Positions 1-7,677 of a DNA stretch of 64,000 nt are shown here, piece by piece; within the stretch, counting starts at the first letter, position 1; each line of letters begins with the position of its first letter. The notes beneath the pieces were generated by a model that did not search any database, had not been told where the DNA came from, and saw only the letters and a list, made by a program, of their open reading frames with translations. The position numbers were made by a program, and so were the translations under genes. Source of the stretch: Vulcanimicrobiota bacterium (GTDB lineage Bacteria > Vulcanimicrobiota > Vulcanimicrobiia > Vulcanimicrobiales > Vulcanimicrobiaceae); assembly GCA_963749395.1 (NCBI GenBank), contig CAVVMT010000019.1, positions 5,934-69,933 of the forward strand, in the 5' to 3' direction.

Positions 1-1493
1 ATGGAATGCCCGACGGCGGCACGCTCTGTCAAACGCCGCAGCAATATGCAACCTACAACTCGGGCTGGCAGGGCGCCGGTCCGGCGTGGCAGTCGTTCAA
101 CTTCAACGATGAGGACCTGACGTTCCAGACCTCGCCGCGCAATCAGCTCGTGCGCGTCGATGCGTTCACCAACCGCTATCTCGACACGGTCGACCGGCGT
201 TATGCACTGCCGTTCGTGACGGTCCCCGGAACGAGCACGCAAGCAGCGACGAAGAACACGAACGTCAGCGAAGCGGGCGTCACCCTGACCGACACGATCT
301 TCGGGCGCGACAACGAACTGCGCTTCGGTTACAGCTATCTCAACATCGCCTACAATCTCAAATCCGTCGGTGCCAACACCGCCAAGGTCACCGACGGGAC
401 GCCGGTGGTTTCGCAGCGCCAGTTCTTGTTCCACGACGCGTACCACGCGCAGAACTCGCCCCTGACCGCGTATCTCGACCTCAACGGAGGCACCTCGACC
501 GCCACCAACACGTCGTACGTCGATCCGCGCCTGTCGGTCGCCGACGCGGTGACCGCGCGCGACGTCGTCCGGATTGCGGCCGGTGCGACGACCACGCAGC
601 CCGCCGCCAACCAGCTGCAAAAGCAGTTCGTGGCGTCGGCCCTGGGAGGGGCCGGGGGCGGCAAGCCGATCACGTGCGGGGCACTCAACTCGATCGGCAG
701 CACGCCTTCCTCGATCCTCAAACCGGAGCAAGGCGTCGATCAAGAGCTGTCGTGGGGGCATCGCTTCAACGGCGATTCGCAAGCGCAGCTGACGCTGTAC
801 AACGTCAACGTTTACGACAAGCTGTATTCCGCGCTCGTGCCGATCTCGCAGACCGGCACGGGATTCATCGATCCTGCGACGCTGGCCACCGACGTGGCGC
901 TGGTGGCGAACACGTGTGGTCTGAGCGCGGCGCAAGCGGCGCAATTGCTCGGCGTCACCGGGACGCTCAACATCGGGCAACTGCGCGCGCAGGGCTTCAT
1001 GTTGGGCGGCCGGCAACGGATCAACGCGCGGGCGTTCATCGACTACGACTGGGCGCTCGACTCGACCGCGCTCATCTCGGTGCCGGCGACCTTTCTCCAG
1101 TCGAACCTCACCGACATCGTCGGCTCGCAGCTGCCGCGGTTACCGCTGCACACGATCCAAACGTCGTTCGATCAGACGGTCGGGCGAACCGTTGACTTGC
1201 GCTACACGTATCACTGGGTATCCGCCAACAACACGAAGACGAGTCCGCCGTACGACTACAGCGACTTGCGGATGAACGTGGCCGCGGGCCCGGGCATCTT
1301 CACCGCGATGGTGACGAACCTCTTCAACGAGGACGCGTTCATTCAAGGCTACCGGTACCAAGGCGTTCCGTTGGCGCTCAACCAATATGCGACCGCCGCG
1401 TCCTATACGCCGTACACCGGCGCGGCCGCGACGGAGCTGTTCGGCATTCCGTACCGCATGATCTACTTCAACTACACGTTCCGCACCAAATGA
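1..1493 (+). CDS. outer-membrane beta-barrel protein, TonB-dependent-receptor-like (5' end outside window)
   Basis: The frame is open from the window edge (track ORF 6..1493). It has an Asn/Thr/Tyr/Gly-rich alternating pattern typical of barrels and an aromatic C-terminal strand, MIYFNYTF. Its TGA overlaps the next start (ATGA). Confidence 0.5.
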   Translation, partial: GMPDGGTLCQTPQQYATYNSGWQGAGPAWQSFNFNDEDLTFQTSPRNQLVRVDAFTNRYLDTVDRRYALPFVTVPGTSTQAATKNTNVSEAGVTLTDTIFGRDNELRFGYSYLNIAYNLKSVGANTAKVTDGTPVVSQRQFLFHDAYHAQNSPLTAYLDLNGGTSTATNTSYVDPRLSVADAVTARDVVRIAAGATTTQPAANQLQKQFVASALGGAGGGKPITCGALNSIGSTPSSILKPEQGVDQELSWGHRFNGDSQAQLTLYNVNVYDKLYSALVPISQTGTGFIDPATLATDVALVANTCGLSAAQAAQLLGVTGTLNIGQLRAQGFMLGGRQRINARAFIDYDWALDSTALISVPATFLQSNLTDIVGSQLPRLPLHTIQTSFDQTVGRTVDLRYTYHWVSANNTKTSPPYDYSDLRMNVAAGPGIFTAMVTNLFNEDAFIQGYRYQGVPLALNQYATAASYTPYTGAAATELFGIPYRMIYFNYTFRTK

Positions 1494-2131
1494 GGACTCT
1501 CCCTATGCGCCGTCTCTTCGCTCATGCGTGCCTGCTCGTCGCCGTCGCCGCCGCGATCGTCGTCCCGCCGGCGAGCGCGGCTGGCTCGATCACTTGGAAC
1601 ACCGACCTCGTGCATTCGCGCGCGGAGTTCACCGTCTCGCACATGGTGGTCTCCAAGGTCTGGGGCCACATTCCGATCCTCTCGTTGGTCCTGGTCACGC
1701 CGGCGGGCAGCGTGATCCCCACGAAGATCGAGACGACGCTCAACGTCGCCCGCGAAGACACCGACAACCAGGTTCGAGACCAGGATCTCCGTTCGGCGAC
1801 CTACTTCGACGTCGCCCAGTATCCGACGATCTCGTTCAAGTCGACCAGCGTCAAGCCGATCGACAAGGAGAACTTTCAAGTGACCGGCGACCTGACGATC
1901 AAGAACGTCACCAAGCCGGTGACGTTTCCAGTTCACGTCGAGGGGCGTGTGCCGGACCCGTCCGGCGTGCGCGTCGGTTACAGCGGCCAGCTGCACGTCG
2001 ACCGGCGCGACTTCGGCATCACCGACCAGAAGTTGATGTCGGGGGTGCTGTTCGTCGGCTACGACGTGACGATCGGGCTGACGGCCGAGGCGACGACGTC
2101 GGATCCCTCGATCAAGCCGCAGACCCAATAG
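1490..2131 (+). CDS. YceI family periplasmic protein
   Basis: Signal peptide (LLVAVAAAIVVPPASA) followed by YceI-like motifs: HSRAEFTVSHMVVSKVWG, QVTGDLTIKNVTKPV, DRRDFGI. Confidence 0.85.
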   Translation: MRTLPMRRLFAHACLLVAVAAAIVVPPASAAGSITWNTDLVHSRAEFTVSHMVVSKVWGHIPILSLVLVTPAGSVIPTKIETTLNVAREDTDNQVRDQDLRSATYFDVAQYPTISFKSTSVKPIDKENFQVTGDLTIKNVTKPVTFPVHVEGRVPDPSGVRVGYSGQLHVDRRDFGITDQKLMSGVLFVGYDVTIGLTAEATTSDPSIKPQTQ

Positions 2132-2137
2132 CGCTCG

Positions 2138-3391
2138 CTATCGGCCGCGCCGGAACGAGCGCACACCGGCGACGATTCCGGCGACGGCCAGGGCGGCAAG
2201 TGCAACGTACGGCAGGAACACGAGCACCGTGAACGCCGCGGCGATCGCCGCCAAGGTGAACTGCCATAGCTGCGCGACCGCGCCGCGCCAGGCGTCGGCG
2301 ATCGTGATTCCGCCCGGCGCCACGGCGCTCGGGCGGTCGTCGGCGACGATGAGATTGATCACCGAGTAGCTCACCCGGTCGCCGAGCGCAGCGAGCGAAG
2401 CCTGCAGCTGCTCGATCTGCTCGCGCACGGTCGAGACTTGGTTCTCCGCCTCGAGCACGTCGGAGATCGAGCCCGAGCGGTGCATGATCCGCAGCAGGTC
2501 GCTCTCGGTCTGCCGCAGGTTGCGCAAGCGCGCGTTCGCATCGACGATCTGGTCGCCGACGTCTTCGGCTTTGACCGTGCGCGCGGCGATCGTGCCGATG
2601 CTCGCGAGCGCGGTCATGGCGGCGTCGAACTGCCGCGCGTCGACCCGCATCTGCAGCGACGCCGCGTGGTGGAGTTCGGGCCGCTCGGGGCTCGTGTATT
2701 CGAGGTTCAAGACGTCGCCGCCGTTCCCGGTCGCGACCGCTTCGAGGCGCGGCAAGGTCGCATCGACGTCGGCGACGGTCAGCGTGACGTCGGCGGTCCG
2801 GGCGATCGCGACGCTGCGCGGTGCCCGCGGGGCGATGCCGTGCGCCGCATTGGCAGCCGCCGAACCGGCCGCGAACGCGGGTTGCTTGATGAGCTGCTTC
2901 GGAGGATGGTCGACGGTCATTTGCGGCCCCTCCTCAGGTCCGCCGGGGACCCCGTTCGCGGGGCCGGCGGCCGGCGGGCGGTAGGCCCCATTTGCGGAGC
3001 GGTTGCCCTGCTCCGGCTCTTTGTCCACATCTACGGTGTGGGTGAACGGCCCCGCTACAATCGGGGGCCGTTTCGGCCCGTTGACGACTAGCGCGAGGAC
3101 GAGGATCGCGGCCCACGGCGCTGCGACCGCCGCCCACTTCCATGCCGCCCAGCGTTGTGGCGTCGGGGCGCGTTCGATCGTTGCGCTGATCCGGGCTCGA
3201 AGCAGCGGCGAGGGCTGCGGCGTGCGCTCGTGCAGCGTGCGGACGGCTTGGGCGACTGCGGCCAGGTCGTCGAGTTCCCGCGCGACCGCGGGGTCGGCGT
3301 CGCGCGCGGTTTCGACCCGGGCTGCTTCGGCGGCGTTGCACGTGCGATTGACGTACCAGGGCAGCAGCGTTTCGAGTTCTTCGTCGGTCAT
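2138..3391 (-). CDS. anti-sigma factor with C-terminal DUF4349-like domain
   Basis: N-terminal anti-sigma-like segment, a TM helix (WAAVAAPWAAILVLALVV), a coiled-coil DUF4349-like region (RLRNLRQTESDLLRIM..EQIEQLQASL) and terminal TM helices. Its start overlaps the sigma factor stop (ATGA at 3388-3391). Confidence 0.65.
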   Translation of the reverse strand: MTDEELETLLPWYVNRTCNAAEAARVETARDADPAVARELDDLAAVAQAVRTLHERTPQPSPLLRARISATIERAPTPQRWAAWKWAAVAAPWAAILVLALVVNGPKRPPIVAGPFTHTVDVDKEPEQGNRSANGAYRPPAAGPANGVPGGPEEGPQMTVDHPPKQLIKQPAFAAGSAAANAAHGIAPRAPRSVAIARTADVTLTVADVDATLPRLEAVATGNGGDVLNLEYTSPERPELHHAASLQMRVDARQFDAAMTALASIGTIAARTVKAEDVGDQIVDANARLRNLRQTESDLLRIMHRSGSISDVLEAENQVSTVREQIEQLQASLAALGDRVSYSVINLIVADDRPSAVAPGGITIADAWRGAVAQLWQFTLAAIAAAFTVLVFLPYVALAALAVAGIVAGVRSFRRGR

Positions 3392-3969
3392 CGTTCTTCA
3401 CTCCGCGCGCCGCGGCGCTCGAGGATCGTTTGCAAGGCGCGCCGCGCGTGAAAGACGCGCGTCTTGACGGTGTTGACGGGACACTGCACGATCTCGGCGA
3501 TGTCGCGATAGCCGTAGCCCATGCCGAACGCGAGCTCGACCACCGCGCGCTGTTCCGCCGGCAGCTCCTCGAGCGCGAGCGCGACGGCGCGTACGAACGC
3601 TTCGGCCGCCACGGCGTCGCCGGTCGCATCGGGCTCGCGCGACCGGGTGGCGATCGAGTCGAGCTCGACGGAGTCGGGCCTGCGCCGGCGCAGCCGGTCG
3701 ATCGTCTTGTGGTGGGCGATCCCGAAGATCCACGTCGAGACGCGGGAGCGGCCGGCGTAGCGGGCCGCGCCGCGCCACACCTCGAGCATCACGTCGTTGA
3801 GGATCTCTTCGGTGGAGTCGCTCGTGCGGGCAAGGGAGCGGATGTAGCGGTACAGCGGGCGCTCGTACCGGGCGTAGAGCGCGTCGAAAGCGGTGCGGCT
3901 GCCCCGCGCGACGGCCTTGACGAGCTCCTCGTCGGCAGGTTGGTCCGGCCCGTCCCGTGTTGGTCCCAT
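3388..3969 (-). CDS. ECF-type RNA polymerase sigma-70 family factor
   Basis: Region 2 (ILNDVMLEVWR, STWIFGIAHHKTID) and region 4 HTH (YGYRDIAEIVQCPVNTVKTRVFHAR). Confidence 0.9.
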   Translation of the reverse strand: MGPTRDGPDQPADEELVKAVARGSRTAFDALYARYERPLYRYIRSLARTSDSTEEILNDVMLEVWRGAARYAGRSRVSTWIFGIAHHKTIDRLRRRRPDSVELDSIATRSREPDATGDAVAAEAFVRAVALALEELPAEQRAVVELAFGMGYGYRDIAEIVQCPVNTVKTRVFHARRALQTILERRGARSEER

Positions 3970-3991
3970 GCGTTCCCCCCGTTTCCCGTCT

Positions 3992-4017
3992 GTCGGGCGG
4001 AGGGCCGAAAAGGTTCA
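3992..4017 (-). promoter_or_regulatory. possible ECF-type autoregulated promoter
   Basis: On the minus strand: TGAACC (4017..4012), 16 nt, CGAC (3995..3992), just upstream of the sigma start. It resembles GGAAC / CGT-type ECF promoters. Confidence 0.3.
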
Positions 4018-4030
4018 CCGCGGGACCCGA

Positions 4031-4059
4031 TTGACAGCGCCCGCAGTCGATGGTATGGT
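4031..4059 (+). promoter_or_regulatory. sigma-70-type promoter (TTGACA, 17 nt, TG-extended TATGGT)
   Basis: TTGACA at 4031-4036, a 17-nt spacer, TG at 4051-4052 and TATGGT at 4054-4059. The ATG at 4068 lies about 8 nt after the -10 box, which implies a leaderless transcript. Confidence 0.6.
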
Positions 4060-4067
4060 GCCATCAC

Positions 4068-4148
4068 ATGAACGCGCAGACGGTTTTCGGGTTTTGGTGG
4101 TATTTTACGCCGCAACACATTTTGCCGGTGAGAATATCGCGCGCCTGA
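4068..4148 (+). CDS. aromatic-amino-acid leader peptide (26 aa, MNAQTVFGFWWYFTPQHILPVRISRA)
   Basis: Hand translation of ATG 4068 to TGA 4146-4148. The run F-G-F-W-W-Y-F spans 4086-4106. The ORF sits between a consensus promoter and a terminator, upstream of DAHP synthase. Confidence 0.55.
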   Translation: MNAQTVFGFWWYFTPQHILPVRISRA

Positions 4149-4176
4149 ACGACTGACCGTTGCGTCACACATCCAG

Positions 4177-4210
4177 GAGCCGCCCTCACCGGGCGGCTCT
4201 TCTGTTTTTC
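4177..4210 (+). terminator. intrinsic terminator / attenuator hairpin
   Basis: GAGCCGCCC (4177-4185), loop TCACC, GGGCGGCTC (4191-4199), then TTCTGTTTTTC. An alternative pairing of CCGGTGAG (4125-4132) with CTCACCGG (4185-4192) would compete with this hairpin. Confidence 0.7.
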
Positions 4211-4223
4211 TAAGGAGCATCCG

Positions 4224-5037
4224 GTGTCGAAATCGTACCCTCTCGCGGAAGCCAACGGCTCCCGGACGCGCGTCCGGGTGGGCAACGCCGTTTTCGGCGA
4301 CGGATCCTTCGCGCTGATCGGCGGCCCGTGCGCCGTCGAAGGGGCGGCCCAGATCGGCGAAGCGGCGCAGGGCGTGCGCGATGCCGGCGCGGTGATGCTG
4401 CGCGGCGGGGCGTACAAGGTGCGGACGTCGCCCTACGACTTTCAGGGCCTAGGCGACCGCGGCGTCGATTTCATCTGCGAAGCGGGCGCGCGCGCGGGGT
4501 TGCCGACGGTGGTCGAAGCCCTGTGCGAAGCGCACGTCGAGGCGCTGGCGCCCCGGGTGTCGATGCTGCAGATCGGGGCGCGCAACATGCAGAACGTGCC
4601 GCTGCTGATCGCGGCCGCGCGCACCGGGATGCCGATCCTGCTCAAGCGCGACAACTCCGCGACCCTCGACGAGCTGTTGCTCTCCGCGGAATACATCCTT
4701 CACGAAGGGAACCCGCACGTCGTCTTGTGCGAGCGCGGCATTCGCGGCTTCGACAAGCACACGCGCAACGTGCTCGATCTCGGTGGCGCGCTGCGGCTGC
4801 GCGAACTGACGCACCTGCCGGTCATCGTCGACCCCAGCCACGCGAGCGGGCGCCGCAGCTTGATCGAACCGCTCGACCCTGGCGGCGGCCGCGGCCGGCC
4901 TCGACGGCGCGATCGTCGAGGTGCACCCGCAACCCGACGAAGCGCTGTCGGACGCAGCGCAGCAGATCGACGTGGCGGCGTTCGCCCGCATCGGGCGCCG
5001 CGTGCGCGCCCTCAGTGAGGCGTTCGCGCTCGCCTAG
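4224..5037 (+). pseudogene. 3-deoxy-7-phosphoheptulonate (DAHP) synthase, type I-beta, with apparent frameshift near 4871-4880
   Basis: AAGGAG, 6 nt, then GTG 4224. Motifs: GPCAVE, LRGGAYKVRTSPYDFQGLG, LQIGARNMQN, KRDNSAT, VDPSHASGRR. The conserved C-terminus LAAAAAGLDGAIVEVHPQPDEALSD... continues in the +1 frame to TAG 5035-5037. Confidence 0.85.
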
Positions 5038-5834
5038 CGGACGGCGGGCTCCGCGGGGGCCGGCACCTCGACGACCACTTCGGGGACGCCTTGCGTCGAG
5101 CGCCGCAGCGTGCGCGTTTCGCTCGGGTTGAAGGCCGTGCGCGCGTGCTGCAGCACGCGGTTGCTCCAGATGATGAGATCGCCCGGGCGCCACGCGTGCT
5201 TGTAGAGCAACTCCTCGCGATAGAGGTGGGCGAACAGGGTCGCGAGCAGCGCCTCGCCTTCCTCACCGGGCAATTCCTCGATGCCGTGCGCGCAGAATTG
5301 GCTCACGTACAACACCGGCGGGCCGCCGTCGGGCAAGAACCGCGCGAGCGGCTGGATCGCGGTCTCGGCTCGCGCCGTCGACGTGTGGCGCGCGTGCAGG
5401 CCGGCGATCCGCACCTTGAGTGCAGTGGGGAGATCTTCGTACGCCTTGACGGCATTGGCCCACAGCGTCTCGCCGCCGCTCGAAGGCACGTCGATCGCGT
5501 AGAGCACGAGCGCGCTCGTGTCGGGGAACTCGAAGAACGAGTGATCGGAGTGGAACGGCAGCGTCCCGTCGCCGACCGCCCCGCCCATCTCGCGGTTCGA
5601 GATGAACATCAGCCCGTCTTCGGGGCGGGTCGTGTGCGTCAGCACCGTCGGTCCGAAGTTCTCGGCGAACGCGCGCTGTTGCTCGGGCGTCACCTGTTGG
5701 TTGCGGAACAAGAGCAAGTGATGTTTGGAGAACGCTTCGAGCAATGCGGTGCGCTCGCCGGCCGTCAGTCCGCGCGCGAGGTCGACGCCCGTCACTTCGA
5801 CGCCGATCACCGGCGAAAGCTCTCTCAATTGCAT
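5034..5834 (-). CDS. TauD/TfdA family Fe(II)/2-oxoglutarate dioxygenase
   Basis: MQLRELSPVIGVEVTGVDL..., the HxD motif LPFHSDHSF, and WSNRVLQHAR. The start at 5834 was chosen for its GGAGG 5 nt upstream. The longer track ORF N-terminus is low-complexity. Confidence 0.8.
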   Translation of the reverse strand: MQLRELSPVIGVEVTGVDLARGLTAGERTALLEAFSKHHLLLFRNQQVTPEQQRAFAENFGPTVLTHTTRPEDGLMFISNREMGGAVGDGTLPFHSDHSFFEFPDTSALVLYAIDVPSSGGETLWANAVKAYEDLPTALKVRIAGLHARHTSTARAETAIQPLARFLPDGGPPVLYVSQFCAHGIEELPGEEGEALLATLFAHLYREELLYKHAWRPGDLIIWSNRVLQHARTAFNPSETRTLRRSTQGVPEVVVEVPAPAEPAVR

Positions 5835-5937
5835 GCTGGCCTCCATGTGCGAGTATACGGCCGGAGCCGGCGGCGCACCTACGCCCGACGCTCGAACGAG
5901 CGAGGGCATGGAACGCGTCGAACGCGAAGGGCGCGGC

Positions 5938-6336
5938 ATGGACCGTGAAGAGTTGCGCGAGCGCACGCGCAAGACCGCCGAACGGCTGTTCGGGCCGCCC
6001 AAAAAGGGCGAGGGCGTGTATGCGCTGTGGGCCTCGTTCGATCCTGAGCTCGCGCGCGAGTTCTCGATGTTCCTCACCGGCGGGCTCTACGCGCGTGAGG
6101 TGTTGTCGCAAAAGGAGCGCGAACTGTGCGCGGTCGCGGCGCTGACCGTGCGCAACTTTCAGGACGAGCTGAAGATCCACTGCGGGGCCGCCCTCAACGT
6201 GGGCGCGACCGCGAAGGAAGTGGCCGAGGTCATCTTCCAGATGGCGACCTACGGCGGGGCGCCGTGCATGATCGAGGGGCTCAAGACGTTGCGCAGCGTC
6301 TTGCGCGAACGCGGCGAGTGGAAGGACGGCGCCTAG
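5938..6336 (+). CDS. carboxymuconolactone decarboxylase (AhpD-like) family protein
   Basis: CMD-like core (KERELCAVAALTVRNFQDELKIHCGAALNVGATAKEVAEVIFQMATYGG). ATG 5938 has GAAGGG 7 nt upstream. ATG 5908 is an alternative start. Confidence 0.7.
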   Translation: MDREELRERTRKTAERLFGPPKKGEGVYALWASFDPELAREFSMFLTGGLYAREVLSQKERELCAVAALTVRNFQDELKIHCGAALNVGATAKEVAEVIFQMATYGGAPCMIEGLKTLRSVLRERGEWKDGA

Positions 6337-7529
6337 GGCTTCGCGTGCGCCTCGTTGTCGGCGCCTAAGGCGGGCGCCGGCTGCGCGTACGGCCCGGCGT
6401 AGACGCCGTCGACGACCACGGGGAACTTTGCGTTGAGGGCGTCGACCTCGCCGTAGACGGGATGTTGCACGCGGTAGAGGAGCGCCTCGCGAAAACGCTC
6501 GTCGGCGAGCATGTCGGCGATGCCGTACACCGGGGCGGCGGTCACTTCGCCCGCGGTCAGCCGCTCCATCACCTCCGTGCGCGACATGCTGCGCGTCCAC
6601 GCGCCGAGGAGGCCGTCGATCGCAGCGCGATCGCCGACGCGATGCGAGAGGACCGCCCAGTCGGTCCGCTGCGCGAATTCCGGAATGCCGGTGGCCGCGA
6701 CCAGGCGCTGCCATTCGGCCGGACTGACGGCGGCGATCGCGACGTACCGGTCGTCGCCGGTCGGGTAGGTGTTGAACGGCACGATGCGCAGCACGCCGTT
6801 GCCCGAGCGCTCGGCCGCGCCGCTGCGATGATACACGTCGTGATGGTCGTCCCACACCATCAGCGACAAAGCTCCGAGCATCGACACTTCGAGCGCCGGC
6901 GCAACGCCGCTGCTCCGGCCGCCGTCGCGCTGCAGCAAGCCCGCGAGCACGGCGATCGCGCCGAACGCACCCGCGGCTTGATCGCCGATCGGCGAGACGA
7001 ACTTCGTCGGCGGCCCGTCGGCAAAACCGGAAAACGCCATCGCGCCGCTCATCGCTTGCGCGATGATGTCGACGACGCCGCGCCGGTCGTCGGCGGTACC
7101 ATACGGTCCCATACCGTTGATCTCGCAGTAGACGAGGCGCGCGTTGACGGCCTTGAGATGAGCGGCATCGACGCGCAGCTTCTCGGCGACGCCCGGCCGA
7201 AAGTTTTGCACGCAAGCATCGGCCCCGCGCGCGAGCTCGAGAAAGACCGCGTAGTCGCGCTCGTCCTTGAGGTCGAGGGTCACGCTCTGCTTGCACGGAT
7301 TGCGCTTGAGGAACGCGAGCCCGACGTCGTCGGGCTGCGTGCGGTGCGGACGAATGCCGTCCCGGGTGACGAACGGCGGTTGCTCGCGGTTGCCGTCGCC
7401 GTGGCCCGGCGGTTCGATCTTGATGACCGTCGCGCCCAACGCCCCCAAAATGAACGTGCAGAACGGGCCCGAGAGGTACTGGGTGAGGTCGAGAACGACG
7501 TACCCTTCCAGGCATCGATGGGTGTTCAT
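6333..7529 (-). CDS. family III CoA-transferase (CaiB/BaiF type)
   Basis: N-terminus LEGYVVLDLTQYLSGPFCTFILGALGATVIKIEPP, about 400 aa, typical of CaiB/BaiF. Confidence 0.9.
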   Translation of the reverse strand: MNTHRCLEGYVVLDLTQYLSGPFCTFILGALGATVIKIEPPGHGDGNREQPPFVTRDGIRPHRTQPDDVGLAFLKRNPCKQSVTLDLKDERDYAVFLELARGADACVQNFRPGVAEKLRVDAAHLKAVNARLVYCEINGMGPYGTADDRRGVVDIIAQAMSGAMAFSGFADGPPTKFVSPIGDQAAGAFGAIAVLAGLLQRDGGRSSGVAPALEVSMLGALSLMVWDDHHDVYHRSGAAERSGNGVLRIVPFNTYPTGDDRYVAIAAVSPAEWQRLVAATGIPEFAQRTDWAVLSHRVGDRAAIDGLLGAWTRSMSRTEVMERLTAGEVTAAPVYGIADMLADERFREALLYRVQHPVYGEVDALNAKFPVVVDGVYAGPYAQPAPALGADNEAHAKP

Positions 7530-7644
7530 CTGTATAGCGTCGGCCTCTTACGGCCGATGTAAAGCGGCTCCTTCGGGCGGTCGCACAGGGCGGATCGTGA
7601 TGCGAGCGTAACCGAAGCGCAGCACGACCGGCAGGAGGACACCG

Positions 7645-7677
7645 ATGGACTTGCGCGCAGCGCACGCGATCTATTGA
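7645..7677 (+). CDS. 10-codon upstream ORF (MDLRAAHAIY) translationally coupled to the carboxyltransferase
   Basis: AGGAGG (7633-7638), 6 nt, then ATG 7645. Its TGA (7675-7677) overlaps the TTG start (7674-7676) of the next gene, which has no Shine-Dalgarno sequence of its own. Confidence 0.3.
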   Translation: MDLRAAHAIY

